The notes under the pieces: generated by a model
Told to the model about the DNA's origin: nothing
What the model saw: only the letters and a program-made list of their open reading frames with translations
The model's database searches: none
Translations under genes and position numbers: made by a program
Source of the DNA: Methanotrichaceae archaeon
Lineage (GTDB): Archaea > Halobacteriota > Methanosarcinia > Methanotrichales > Methanotrichaceae
Direction: 5' to 3'
Assembly (NCBI GenBank): GCA_963754945.1
Contig: CAVWIG010000015.1
Span: forward strand, 32,001-96,000
DNA length: 64,000 nt
In this document: piece after piece, positions 19,945 through 30,759 of the stretch
Position numbering within the stretch: position 1 is the first letter of the stretch
Layout: every line of letters starts with the position of its first letter

Positions 19945-21657
19945 CTAATCTATGGACATCAAGACGTCGCCCGGGGTGACAGTTGTCCCTTCCTTGACGT
20001 AGATCTCCTTGATCGTGCCGTTCTTGTTGGCCAGGATGTTGTTCTCCATCTTCATGGCCTCTAGAACGGCCACTGCGTCACCCTTGGCTACCTTGTCCCC
20101 CTTCTTCACCGCGTACCTTATGATCACACCCTGCATGGGTACCGTGACACCATCTGTGGGAGCCTTGGGCTGGGCTTCCTGGATGGTCATTCCTGCTGGA
20201 GCAACCTTCACCAGATAGGCTTCTCCATCGACCTCCACATCGAAGGCCATCGGGTGTCCGGCATTGATTGGCTCAGCAGCGTGAGTATGGGCAGGCTGTT
20301 TCTTTACCAGCGGCTCCTCTACAGCTTCGCCCTGCAAGAATTTCAGTGCCACCTGGGGATAGAGGGCATAGGTCAGGTAGTCCTCCTCCTTCTTGGCAAG
20401 GCACAGAGCATCGACAGCTTTCCTGGCCGCCTCGTACTCCGGCGGCAGAAGATCGGCTGGTCGGACGGTTATTGGCTCCTCGTCGCATAGGACCTTGAGC
20501 CTGACCTTCGGGTCTATCATGGCTGGGCTTTTCCCATAGAGCCCCTTCACGTAGTCCTTGACCTCTTTGGGGACCATCTTGTACCGATCGCCTGTCATGA
20601 CGTTCAGCACTGCCTGAGTGCCAACGATCTGGCTGGTTGGAGTTACCAGGGGCGGGTATCCCAGGTCCTTTCGGACTTTAGGGATCTCTGCCAGGACTTC
20701 CTCGTACCTGTCAAGGGCCTTCTGTTCAATAAGCTGGGAGACCAGATTGGACAGCATTCCTCCAGGAACCTGGTAAGCCAGAACGTTGGTGTCCACGCGG
20801 GCTGATATGGGATTGAAGACAGGGGCGTAAACCTCGACAAGCTTCTCGAAGTACCTCTTAATCTCCGTCAGAAGCTCCATGTCCAGGCCAGTGGCAAAGT
20901 GAGTGCCAACCAGGGCAGCAACCACGCTCTCTGTCGAGGGCTGAGAGGTGCCACCTGAAAGAGGCGATATGGCCGTGTCTAGAATGTCCACACCTGCCTG
21001 ACAGGCATAGAAGTAGCTCATCTGAGCCATGCCGCTGGTGCAGTGGGTATGAAGATTTATCGGCAGGCTTACCTCCTTCTTGATCGCCCGGACCAGATCA
21101 TAGGCGTTCTGGGGAGTGATCAACCCTGCCATGTCTTTTATGCAGATGGAGTCGCAGCCTAGCTCTGACAGGCGAACGGCGAAGTCCGCAAACTGTTCAA
21201 TGGTGTGAACCGGGCTGGTCGTGTAGCTTATTCCGCCCTGGACGTGAGCGTCGGCGAGCTTGGCGGCCTTTATTGACCTTTCCATGTTCCTGATGTCGTT
21301 GACCGCATCGAAGATCCTGAATATGTCAACGCCGTTCTTGGCAGACCTCTCAACGAACTTGTCCACCAAATCGTCGGCGTAGTGCCTGTACCCAACCAGG
21401 TTCTGTCCGCGAAGAAGCATCTGCATCGGCGTATTGGGCATTGCCTTCTTCAGCGCCCGCAAGCGTTCCCAGGGGTCTTCGTTCAGATAACGGATGCAGG
21501 TATCGAAGGTAGCGCCACCCCACATCTCCATCGAGAAGAACCCGACCTGGTCCATCTTCTCCGCTATGGGTAGCATATCCCTGGTCCGCATCCTTGTAGC
21601 CAGAAGAGACTGGTGAGCATCCCTAAAAGCCGTTTCAGTAAGCTTTACCCTGCCCAT
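19945..21657 (-). CDS. pycB: Pyruvate carboxylase subunit B (carboxyltransferase plus biotin carrier)
   Basis: RDAHQSL, WGGATFD, IKDMAG, HTHCTSG, VTPTSQIVG, EAMKM. Confidence 0.92.
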   Translation of the reverse strand: MGRVKLTETAFRDAHQSLLATRMRTRDMLPIAEKMDQVGFFSMEMWGGATFDTCIRYLNEDPWERLRALKKAMPNTPMQMLLRGQNLVGYRHYADDLVDKFVERSAKNGVDIFRIFDAVNDIRNMERSIKAAKLADAHVQGGISYTTSPVHTIEQFADFAVRLSELGCDSICIKDMAGLITPQNAYDLVRAIKKEVSLPINLHTHCTSGMAQMSYFYACQAGVDILDTAISPLSGGTSQPSTESVVAALVGTHFATGLDMELLTEIKRYFEKLVEVYAPVFNPISARVDTNVLAYQVPGGMLSNLVSQLIEQKALDRYEEVLAEIPKVRKDLGYPPLVTPTSQIVGTQAVLNVMTGDRYKMVPKEVKDYVKGLYGKSPAMIDPKVRLKVLCDEEPITVRPADLLPPEYEAARKAVDALCLAKKEEDYLTYALYPQVALKFLQGEAVEEPLVKKQPAHTHAAEPINAGHPMAFDVEVDGEAYLVKVAPAGMTIQEAQPKAPTDGVTVPMQGVIIRYAVKKGDKVAKGDAVAVLEAMKMENNILANKNGTIKEIYVKEGTTVTPGDVLMSID

Positions 21658-22287
21658 GAAGATCTTCTCCTATACGGTCCCTCATATTTAAAGCACCTTC
21701 GACCATCGAACTCCGGCAACATGATCTGATCATCTCTCCGCATCCTGGACGTAGATAACTGGGCTGCCCTACCGAGCTTAATCCTATGACTGACTTTTGT
21801 TATGGCCCCAACGCCCACAGCTCGTAACGCCTCTTACTATGGAGCATTTGGAGAAGCATAGTTCGATCTTAATTCTCCAGCTGAACCAATTATATGTTAT
21901 ATAAAGCTAGTGGAATGAAATTCTTTGAGATCTATAAATTCTCGCTGATATCAAATAATCCGTAATTCCATAGCAGATCAAATCAATTAGGCTCATTTTG
22001 GTTGGATTATGCCCGTGCTAAATTTTATTTTGCATAAATACGCGGATATATTGTTATTCGCTTCCTTCAATTCGAAAGTCATTTATGAAGGCAGACTGTC
22101 TTGCGCAGAATCTATCTGTAACTATCTGTAACTCGAAAATTGTGGTGAGAATGCCTTCTAGGCTTTCGAATCATACGAATTTCAGCAGACTTTGGTAGGT
22201 CCTATCCATCTTTAGCTGTTACTCTCCTCTAGCGGGATCATACAATAGGTGGAAAGTTTTATGGTCCGGTAAGTCACATCCCTTCAG

Positions 22288-22893
22288 GTGGCAGAACCTC
22301 AATCCAAGATGTTGTTGATCGTAGCATGCGTTCTGGCGATTTATACGGTATCCATCTTTAATGTAGCAGCTTCCGGCAGAAGCGTAGAAGACCTGGTCGG
22401 CGTCTTCTCCATTCAGAAGACCATCAAACTAGGCAGCAACAGTGAATGCTTTGCCGGTTCGCAGAGCTCTTCGGATTCTCTGAGCCCGCAGAACAACGGT
22501 TTATCAGACAATCAGCCTCCAGGCCTGGCCGGCCTCAGCATTGAGCCCAAAGCGATAAAGGCATCGTCGTCTCAATCAATCAACCTGACGGCCCACATTG
22601 TTGACGACCAAAGTGGCCTTGCGGAAGGGAGTGGATCGAACCTGTCGACCGCCTGGTTTGTAAGCCCTTCGGGGAGACAAGTGATCGGAACTAGCTCTTG
22701 CTCCGGGCGACCTCACATCTGGAACCAAGCTGGACGGCTTCTACAAAGGCTTGATAGTTCTGCCAATGAACAGCGAGATAGGAACCTGGCGTCTTGACAA
22801 CCTCACAATTGTCGATGAACAGGGCAACCGAAGGGTTATAGGACGAGACCAGATGCTCGGATCGGGATTTCCGGCAGAATTTCTGGTGACTTG
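22288..22893 (+). pseudogene. Secreted hypothetical protein, frameshift near 22690
   Basis: Signal-like N-terminus; the alternative frame continues LTSGTKLDGFYKG...GTWRLDNLTIVDEQGN...FPAEFLVT*. Confidence 0.55.
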
Positions 22894-22895
22894 AG

Positions 22896-23309
22896 CTATT
22901 CGCCCAAGATCTGGAGGATGATCCTTCGCTTTCGAGGCCGGTTGTCCAATTCCAGGAAGACTATTTGCTGCCATGTTCCCAACATGAGCTGGCCGTCTAG
23001 GAAAGGAACTGTCAGGCTGGGACCGATGAGCGATGCCCGGATGTGGGAGTGGCCGTTACCGTCTCCCCACTTTTGATCGTGTGCGTACTGAATCTCTTCA
23101 GGGACAATCCTCTCCAGAGCAGCTCTGATGTCATCGACCAGTCCCGGCTCGTGCTCTATGGTGGTTACAGCAGCAGTTGCTCCAGGGACGAATACCACAG
23201 TTATGCCGCTACGCACGCCGCATTCACGAATTGCAGCCGCTACCCTCTCTGTTATATCGATGACATCTCCGATGCTCGCGTCAAACTCCAAATACCTGGT
23301 TAAAATCAA
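22896..23309 (-). CDS. yjbQ: YjbQ/UPF0047 secondary thiamine-phosphate synthase family protein
   Basis: DIT, GNGHSHIRASL, LGTWQQI, ELD..R.R; TTG start inferred. Confidence 0.88.
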   Translation of the reverse strand: MILTRYLEFDASIGDVIDITERVAAAIRECGVRSGITVVFVPGATAAVTTIEHEPGLVDDIRAALERIVPEEIQYAHDQKWGDGNGHSHIRASLIGPSLTVPFLDGQLMLGTWQQIVFLELDNRPRKRRIILQILGE

Positions 23310-23620
23310 CGACTTTTCTCCCGATTTTATCAAAGAAATATCGATAGATTACATGATATATCCTTCGCTAGCCCATGCTTGAATCTCCCAGGAGATCTCA
23401 GCGCCCATCCGCCTGAGATTGGCTGTAGAGAGATAGTTTCATAGGATTGGGGAGACAAATATACGTAAAATCTAGAACACATGAAGTTCTAAATCCTAAA
23501 CAAACGTCCAGGAGGTACCATAATCCGCCCAACTTCTATTGAATCTGTAACTCATAACCCGATTGGCGAAACATCATTCCAGCGGTCTATCTATCGTAAT
23601 GCCTCTATGGCACAAGGCGG

Positions 23621-26600
23621 TTGGCGATTGTGAGCAGCGAATCAACCGTTCTCCTGTCTGTGAGGGGTTCTGGAACACCAGCCGCACGGAGCTATGCGTT
23701 TACCATCCTTGCCGAAGGCAGGACCCTGGACGATCGCACTCTAACGCCTGTTGAGTCTCAGGAGATCGGTGAAATATCCGGGCAGTATCAGTCGCTATTT
23801 GATCAGAGCTGCCGATACAATACAACCGATTACCTGGATATCCTGGGGTCAGGACTGTTCCATCTCTTCTTCGAGGCAGCTTGGGGCCAAATAAGATCCA
23901 GAACCTCTTTTGGCAAGGTCAATCTGGTAGTAGCCACGGACATCTACGAAGTTCTGACCCTGCCCTGGGAGATAGTGCGCCCTCCCGATGGAGATATGCT
24001 AGGGTTCGACTCATCTATTAGCATCCTGCGCCTGCCAGAGGAACAGAACTCCATGTCACAGTTCAAAGGCCAGCTACCACCTGGACCTTTGCGAGTTGTC
24101 TTTGCCGCATGCGCCCCAAGACAATCCCTGGACTACGTCAAGGAGGAAGAATCCTTTTTCAGAGCTTTAGATGGCATGGAGATCGTCTCGGATTCTTGCG
24201 ACCTAGGAACCTTCGAGGAGCTGAGGAAGAGAGTTGATGAATTCAAGCCCCAGATCGTCCACCTAGTCGGACAAGGAGTTGCGAAAGACACCCAGAACTA
24301 CTTTGCCTTCGAAGGGACCAATGGAATTGCCGATCTCAAATCGTCAGCAGAGATTCTGAAGGCAATGCCAGGAGTTCAGCTGGTATTCCTGAGCGGTTGC
24401 CAGGGCAAGAATCCTTACGTTCTGGCAACCCTTGGAATCGAGTTGGTAAGGTTGGGTCTGCCCTTGGCCGTTATCTGGCCCGGCTCAATTGCGGATGCCG
24501 AATCGGCTGTGAGAGCATTCTATGGAAATTTAGCTTCTGGAAAAACCCTAGAGAGCGCGATGACATCCATGCGCCAGGAGATCGGGGTTGTTCACGAACA
24601 GGGTGCGGCCTTGCTCGCCTTTCCGTCACTCTATTCCCTGACTGATCAGAACAGGACCTTCGATCCTCTACAAAGATCTGTTCTTCCTCGGACTTTCCTT
24701 TCCAGACAGCCGCCCCTGAAGGGCACGACTGAAGGGTACACAGAGAATTTCGTGGGACGGAGGAGAGATCTACAGCGTCTTGTGCCAGCATTGAGTGAGG
24801 GCACAGTCAAAGCAGTGGTAATAACGGGCCGTCATGGAACAGGTAAGAGCACCCTGGCAGTCCGGCTTGCAGAAGAGCTTGAATCGGCAGGATTCTGTGT
24901 AATCGCTATTTCTAGCTCTATAGAGAACCCTTTAAGCGCCGCCAGGTTGATCGATGCTCTGGGCAGTGCCTTTCACAGGGCGGCAGCAGAACGCCGGGCT
25001 CTTGGCAGGAACGATCTTGCGGAGAGCATCCAGGCCGCAGTCCACACCTTGAGGACTCTTGGGAATTCTGCAGATAAGCGCCTCAGGGAAGCCGTAGAAT
25101 CATTGAACCTGGGCCAGTTCCTCCTGGTTCTCGACGGCTTTGAGGTCAACCTGGACGAGTCAGGGCGGATAATTGACCCTGACGTAGCAATGTTCTACTT
25201 GCTGGTCCTGAACAGCCTCGACCGATCCAGGGCCATCATCACCAGCGAGCGCTTGCCTGCGAACGCTACGACCTTGCCCCAGAGAGCATGGGAGTATGCC
25301 GTTACGGGATTGACTAAGGCAGATTTCTTCAGGTTCCTTCTAAGGGATGGCGATTTAGTCGACCGCCTTAGATCCGGAGAATTGAATCATCAAATGCTCG
25401 CTCAAATCTACGAAAGAACTGATGGACGACCGCTATGCTTTGACCGGACTTGCAAAACGCTTGGAGGTGTTAATCCCGCTTATTCCTTGGCAGAAGCTAT
25501 GTCTCAGTCTGCTCTGCGGTCTTCGAGCAGCTTATGCGATGAGATTACATCCAGGCTTTACGGTTCATTGAGCCCTGATTCTCGGGCATCTCTCAGCGGG
25601 GCGGCGGTTTATGCGGTTCCGATCAACTTGGATGGACTTGAGGCCGTAACCGGAGAGACGCAGGAGCGGATCAGAGGTCTCTCCGAAGAGTGGACAAAAA
25701 AAACCCTGGCATTCCGGAGAGACGACTGTCTGCTCGTCATCCGAGGCGAGCTGAGGGTCTGGCTGACTGAAAAGCTGAGCAAAGAGGAGGCCAAGCAGGC
25801 ACATGAAGCCGCAGGGGACTTCTTAGACACAACATTCAAGGAAAAAAACTGCGAAGAGCTTGGACTTACAAACCTAGAGTGTTCGTTGGAAGCGCGAGCG
25901 CACTTTCTTGCCGCTGGTGTTTTGGATAAAGCCATTGAGGTTACAAGCCGTATCAGCGCCACGATGATGGCCCGGGGGTTTTATGGGGAGGTCATAAGGC
26001 TTAACCAAGAGCTTCTTGTGCAGAGCGAGCACTCAATGCCGATAAGATGGACGGCCCAGGCGTTCTTCGAGCAAAATGACTTCGAGCATGCTCTGGAGTG
26101 GTATCAGAAGGGGCTCCTGGTTCCAGGCAGATCTGAAGAAGACGATGCTACATCGTGGCAAGGAATTGCCTCAATCGCCCTACGCCAGGGCAGATACGAT
26201 AAGGCAGAAGAAAACCTACGAAATGCCTTGGATGTCTATAGGCGAAAGGGTGACGTAAAGCGCGAAGCTGAAGTGCTTCGTGGCTTGGCCTCAATGGAGA
26301 TGGCCAAAGGAAACTACGAGAACGCCGGGGAGAATTTGAATAAGGTTCTGCAAACTCAAATGAAAACTGAGGACTTGGCGGGACAAGCCTCCACGCTGAA
26401 AGACCTTATCGCCATCGACCTGTACCAGAAAGATCGAGATGCTGCAATCGAGAAGCTCAATAGGTCCGTGGAGATCTTCAGAAAATTGGGTCATCCCGCT
26501 GACGAAGCGGCTGCACTCTACGGTCTGGCATCCCTGGACATGGAGAAAGAGGATTTCGATTCTGCTACCGAGAAGTTCCAGAGGGCCCTCGAGATCAGGA

Positions 26601-27016
26601 GACAGATCGGTGAGCGTGAGGGAGAGGCTGCAACACTTCACAGCCTGGCCTTGATCGATGCCCATAAAGGAGACGTCCAGGTAGCTAGCGAAAAATTCGA
26701 GGGTGCTCTTAAGATCTACCAGCAGAACGGAGACAAGTCCGGTGAGGCGGCAGCCTTTTTCCAACTCGGCGTTCTGGCAGTACGTCTCGGCCACAACATG
26801 AATGACGGAATGAAGCTCATGGCCCTAAGCGGCATAATCCTGAGATCGATAGGGAGTCCTGATGTCAGGAATGTAGAGCCGGTTATAGAAAGGATGGCTT
26901 CCCACATGAAGTACACTCAGGACAAGTTCGCGGAGTTGGTGCAAGAGGCTGTTACGGCATATAGGAAGGACAAGGGTTGGGGGCTTCTGGAGGCTGCTTT
27001 CGGAGTTGAAAGGTAG
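23621..27016 (+). CDS. CHAT domain - STAND-type NTPase - TPR protein
   Basis: LPWE, IVHLVGQG, FLSGC (CHAT); FVGRR, GRHGTGKST, LLVLDGFE (Walker A/B); C-terminal TPRs. Confidence 0.85.
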   Translation: MAIVSSESTVLLSVRGSGTPAARSYAFTILAEGRTLDDRTLTPVESQEIGEISGQYQSLFDQSCRYNTTDYLDILGSGLFHLFFEAAWGQIRSRTSFGKVNLVVATDIYEVLTLPWEIVRPPDGDMLGFDSSISILRLPEEQNSMSQFKGQLPPGPLRVVFAACAPRQSLDYVKEEESFFRALDGMEIVSDSCDLGTFEELRKRVDEFKPQIVHLVGQGVAKDTQNYFAFEGTNGIADLKSSAEILKAMPGVQLVFLSGCQGKNPYVLATLGIELVRLGLPLAVIWPGSIADAESAVRAFYGNLASGKTLESAMTSMRQEIGVVHEQGAALLAFPSLYSLTDQNRTFDPLQRSVLPRTFLSRQPPLKGTTEGYTENFVGRRRDLQRLVPALSEGTVKAVVITGRHGTGKSTLAVRLAEELESAGFCVIAISSSIENPLSAARLIDALGSAFHRAAAERRALGRNDLAESIQAAVHTLRTLGNSADKRLREAVESLNLGQFLLVLDGFEVNLDESGRIIDPDVAMFYLLVLNSLDRSRAIITSERLPANATTLPQRAWEYAVTGLTKADFFRFLLRDGDLVDRLRSGELNHQMLAQIYERTDGRPLCFDRTCKTLGGVNPAYSLAEAMSQSALRSSSSLCDEITSRLYGSLSPDSRASLSGAAVYAVPINLDGLEAVTGETQERIRGLSEEWTKKTLAFRRDDCLLVIRGELRVWLTEKLSKEEAKQAHEAAGDFLDTTFKEKNCEELGLTNLECSLEARAHFLAAGVLDKAIEVTSRISATMMARGFYGEVIRLNQELLVQSEHSMPIRWTAQAFFEQNDFEHALEWYQKGLLVPGRSEEDDATSWQGIASIALRQGRYDKAEENLRNALDVYRRKGDVKREAEVLRGLASMEMAKGNYENAGENLNKVLQTQMKTEDLAGQASTLKDLIAIDLYQKDRDAAIEKLNRSVEIFRKLGHPADEAAALYGLASLDMEKEDFDSATEKFQRALEIRRQIGEREGEAATLHSLALIDAHKGDVQVASEKFEGALKIYQQNGDKSGEAAAFFQLGVLAVRLGHNMNDGMKLMALSGIILRSIGSPDVRNVEPVIERMASHMKYTQDKFAELVQEAVTAYRKDKGWGLLEAAFGVER

Positions 27017-27953
27017 TATTTTCCATCGATTTCACAAGTGCGTACAATGTTTCATTTGCTGGCACTTTCATGCCATGCTTTCTGGCCAGGCTGATCACAT
27101 AGCCGTTTATGGAATCGATCTCTGTCATCCTACCCCTCAGCACGTCTTGTTGCATGCTCGACGTGTTCATGGAGGTTTTTGAGGCGATCGAGTGAACAAG
27201 GTCGAGGACGGTATCTTTATTCGCTATGCACCCCTCCTTGGCAGCAACGCTCACACATTCTTCAACTATCTTTTCGACAGTGTCTTCGAGGCATTTCGAA
27301 AGTACGATGCCGTTATGTTCCCTTGTCAGGGCGGTTATCGGGTTTATTACTGAATTTACAAAAAGCTTGTTCCACTGGTGGTTCTTAAAGTCCTTCGCGA
27401 ATTCTATCTCGAAGCCCTTTTCCTCAAACATCTTCCTCATGAAATGTTTGATTTTCGGTCCTATTCTTTCCTCAAAAACAGTCTTTCCTCTTCCTCTGAG
27501 CTCGATTGAGCCATCTTCAGGAAAATTGATGCCAATAGAGGTAACGCCTTCGAAAACGTTATGGGAAGTCAGTTTGAAAACGTCCCTGTTTCCCATTCCA
27601 TTCATCAAGAGCATAAAATCCGCTTTCTTTAAATTCCCGTTCAGCGCCCCGGACGCCATTATCTCATCCAGAGCTCGTTGTAGAGAATATGTCTTGACAC
27701 ATACGATCACCTTATCAGGGAAAAAGTTCGAACTACATAGTTCGCCGAGGCTAGTAAAACAATGCCTGTACCTCAGAGACTTGTGCCCTTCCGGAAAATC
27801 GATTCGTAAACCTGCTTTGATTATCTTTTGAATATGGCTTTTTCTGCCCAGAAGGGCCACATTCTCGATTGGGGTGTCCCCGGCAATATCTGAGAGCAAG
27901 TAACCCACAAATGAGCCTATTGCCCCTGCCCCATATATCATTACATTTTTCAT
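26952..27953 (-). CDS. panE: 2-dehydropantoate 2-reductase
   Basis: GAGAIG, CVKTY, WNKLFVNSVINP, SSMQQD..GR.TEIDSING; overlaps the convergent gene by 65 bp. Confidence 0.9.
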   Translation of the reverse strand: MKNVMIYGAGAIGSFVGYLLSDIAGDTPIENVALLGRKSHIQKIIKAGLRIDFPEGHKSLRYRHCFTSLGELCSSNFFPDKVIVCVKTYSLQRALDEIMASGALNGNLKKADFMLLMNGMGNRDVFKLTSHNVFEGVTSIGINFPEDGSIELRGRGKTVFEERIGPKIKHFMRKMFEEKGFEIEFAKDFKNHQWNKLFVNSVINPITALTREHNGIVLSKCLEDTVEKIVEECVSVAAKEGCIANKDTVLDLVHSIASKTSMNTSSMQQDVLRGRMTEIDSINGYVISLARKHGMKVPANETLYALVKSMENTTFQLRKQPPEAPNPCPSYMP

Positions 27954-28086
27954 AAATTCGGGCTTATTGAGCTGTTCGTTTCAGCAAAGATGGATGCACG
28001 AACGATATGAATCTTCTCAATGTAAGATCGGCGTTACAACTCGAAGTTCCAGGCATTCCGTAAGGCTCGAACTCTAATATTAATTC

Positions 28087-28578
28087 TTAATCCATGATAC
28101 GGTCAAGGCAGAACCTCCAGACACATCTTTCAGCGCCTTTGCAGATCTGCTCCTCCAGCTCAAAGCTGATATTCCCGAACTCCGAGGCCCAGGCCGAGTT
28201 CTCCTCTCTGCAGATCAAGCTGCTCACCTTTTCCGAAAGATGCTCTCTGCCTGATTTGACCATGAGTTCATGCCACGGACACCGCTCGATGAAGAACTTT
28301 AGGCTGTCGTTTTCCTTCTCGGCCTCAAACTCGAACCCTTCCAGAGCGAGCCGGGTCTCGATGCTTTCACCTAGCCCCTTCATTCCTTCATCCAACAGCA
28401 GCATGGACTTGAGCATCCTGGCCTGGATCTTGGGCAGGACTTTCCACACCTGGTCGTCGATCTCCAGAGCAGTGTCGAAACCGCACTTCTCTTCGACCTT
28501 CATGAACCACAGTCCGTCTGCTGCGGCGTAGGAGCGGTGAAAGTACGCTGCAATCTGCTTGTCGGTCAGTTCTTTCAT
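28087..28578 (-). CDS. DUF6125-like (L-2-amino-thiazoline hydrolase/V4R-like) protein
   Basis: AADGLWF, CPW, C...C...C-W pattern. Confidence 0.65.
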   Translation of the reverse strand: MKELTDKQIAAYFHRSYAAADGLWFMKVEEKCGFDTALEIDDQVWKVLPKIQARMLKSMLLLDEGMKGLGESIETRLALEGFEFEAEKENDSLKFFIERCPWHELMVKSGREHLSEKVSSLICREENSAWASEFGNISFELEEQICKGAERCVWRFCLDRIMD

Positions 28579-28593
28579 TTTATCCTTTTCGGC

Positions 28594-30531
28594 TTATGCT
28601 TCCTTTTTGTCCTGCCATTTTTTGGCTGAAGCTTCCTTGGCTTTCCTGGAAGTTTTGAGGATCTTCCGGCAGGCTTCAATGGCATTCTGACACTTGTCTG
28701 CCTTCTCCCTGGCCTCGGCCGACCTCGGGTCCTCGACAGATTCAAACTCTCTGTAGGCGTCTGAATAAGCTTTAAAGGCTTTCTTGTAGGCTTTTACTGA
28801 CATCTTGCAGTTTTCTGCCTTATCTTCTACGTCCGAAAGAAGGAGGTAAGTGTATCCGATGTCCCTCTGGATTTCTGCATGTTCAAAGGAAGCTATATCT
28901 GCCGAGTAGACCTTCAAGGCGGCTTTGTACGATTCGATGGCCAACTCACAGTTCTCTTTGAGACTTTCAGTCTCGGCGAGGGTTACGTAGGTATAGCCCA
29001 GGTTCTTGAGGGCGTCTGCATAATCATGGCTGTTCTTCTCGTAGATCTCCATAGATCTCTGGCAGGCAACAATAGCCTTCCGGCAGTTTTCGGATTTATC
29101 CTCTACCTCGGCTAGAGTGGTAAAAGCCGTCCAGAGGAGGTTCTGAATCTCAGCGTACTCCGCCGGTTGATCTGTAGGCGTGTAGACCTTCAGGGCTTCG
29201 TCGCAAGCAGCAATGGCCTTATTGCAATCCCATGTCTTGTCCTCGGGGGTGTCCTCCACGTTTGCCAGCATGCTGTAGGTTATGGCTAGATCCTTCTGGC
29301 AAGACGCGTACTGTTCCGGACAGGCTGCTGCGTAGACCTTGAGCCGCTCCTGGCATGCATCCAGGGCCAGGATGCAGTTCTCCGCACGATACTCCGAGTC
29401 GGCCATTGTGGAGTGAGCAACCCACAGATACCCTTGAATATCTGCATAATCTTCAGGGAAATCCTCGATGTTGTAGACCTTGAGCGCCTCCTTACATGCC
29501 TTGACGGCTTCCCGGCAGTTATCGAATTTCTGGTCTGATTCGGCGAGGACTAAGTAGGCATTTGCCAAGTTGCCCTCCGTCAAAGCATACTGAATAGGGA
29601 ACTTCTCGAGGGAATAGACCTCAAGGGCTTTCCTGTAAGCATCAACAGCTCGCTGGCAGTTCTCAAATCCCTCTTCTGTCTCAGCCAGAGTCAGATAAGC
29701 GTTTCCCAGGTTATTCTCTGTGGCTGCATAGTCGAACGGCAAGCGTTCTTTTGTCCTAACCCGAAGGGCGTCATCGCAGGCCTCGATGGCACGCCAGCAG
29801 TTTGTCGCTTTCTCCTTCGCTCTTGATAGCGAGGTATATGCTGCAGCCAGATTGTTTTGAACTGAGGCGTATACAAATGGCGAGCGGTCAAAGGTGTAGA
29901 ACTCCAAGGCCCTAACATAGGCACGTATAGCGTTACCACAATTTTCCTCTCTCGACTCAATTTCTACCAGAGCTGCATAGGCCATTCCCAGGTTGATCTG
30001 CACGTCTGCAAACTTGCCTGGATAGTCTTTAAATGTATAAAATTTGAGGGCTTCCGTGCAGGCTCTTATAGCTAGCCGACAATTGACTTCATTCTTCTCA
30101 GATTCGGCCAGTCTCCTGTAGGCTATTCCAAGGCTGGCCTGTATCTCGGAATAGTCGGTCGAGAAGCTCTCGGGGAGATAATAATTTAGAGCTTCCTTGA
30201 AGGCAGCAGCCGAAGATCGGCAGTTTTCAGCCTTTTGCTCCGTTTCACCCAGACCGAGGTAGGCTGATCCGATAGCCCTCTGGACTCTTGCTCTTTGGGC
30301 AGGATGGTTCTCTGAGGTAAAGGCCTCCAGGGCCATCTGGTAGGCTGTAATTGCCAGCTTGCAGTTCTTCGCCTTATCCTTCTGCTTAGAGATTTCCGAG
30401 TAAATGTCTCCGACCTTCCTCTGAATACCGGCTCTCTGGATAGGGTCCATCTCTAAGGCCAATATCCTCTGGTATGTTCCCAAAGCCTTGTGGCAATCTT
30501 CGACGAGATCAACAGCATTCATTCCCGGCAT
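28594..30531 (-). CDS. Tetratricopeptide-repeat protein (about 47-aa repeats)
   Basis: Repeated ENC..AI.A...AL.VY.....P..YA..Q.NLG.AY..LAE. Confidence 0.85.
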   Translation of the reverse strand: MPGMNAVDLVEDCHKALGTYQRILALEMDPIQRAGIQRKVGDIYSEISKQKDKAKNCKLAITAYQMALEAFTSENHPAQRARVQRAIGSAYLGLGETEQKAENCRSSAAAFKEALNYYLPESFSTDYSEIQASLGIAYRRLAESEKNEVNCRLAIRACTEALKFYTFKDYPGKFADVQINLGMAYAALVEIESREENCGNAIRAYVRALEFYTFDRSPFVYASVQNNLAAAYTSLSRAKEKATNCWRAIEACDDALRVRTKERLPFDYAATENNLGNAYLTLAETEEGFENCQRAVDAYRKALEVYSLEKFPIQYALTEGNLANAYLVLAESDQKFDNCREAVKACKEALKVYNIEDFPEDYADIQGYLWVAHSTMADSEYRAENCILALDACQERLKVYAAACPEQYASCQKDLAITYSMLANVEDTPEDKTWDCNKAIAACDEALKVYTPTDQPAEYAEIQNLLWTAFTTLAEVEDKSENCRKAIVACQRSMEIYEKNSHDYADALKNLGYTYVTLAETESLKENCELAIESYKAALKVYSADIASFEHAEIQRDIGYTYLLLSDVEDKAENCKMSVKAYKKAFKAYSDAYREFESVEDPRSAEAREKADKCQNAIEACRKILKTSRKAKEASAKKWQDKKEA

Positions 30532-30759
30532 CCTTGCTTAGGTATTTCTCCAAGAGTATAAAGATTTAACCTATGTCATATATTGATGAATGTATCCACG
30601 AAGCCTCTTCATAAAGGCCCTGATCGTTTAAGCCTGGCGGAGGAACGAATGATTCAAATGGACTATCATCCTTCTAGCCCTCGCCCTGGTATTTACTGGT
30701 AAACAATATCTGCTGTTTTAAGGGGGGAAGGTGGCCCGTTCGACGTCTCAGGTACACGA

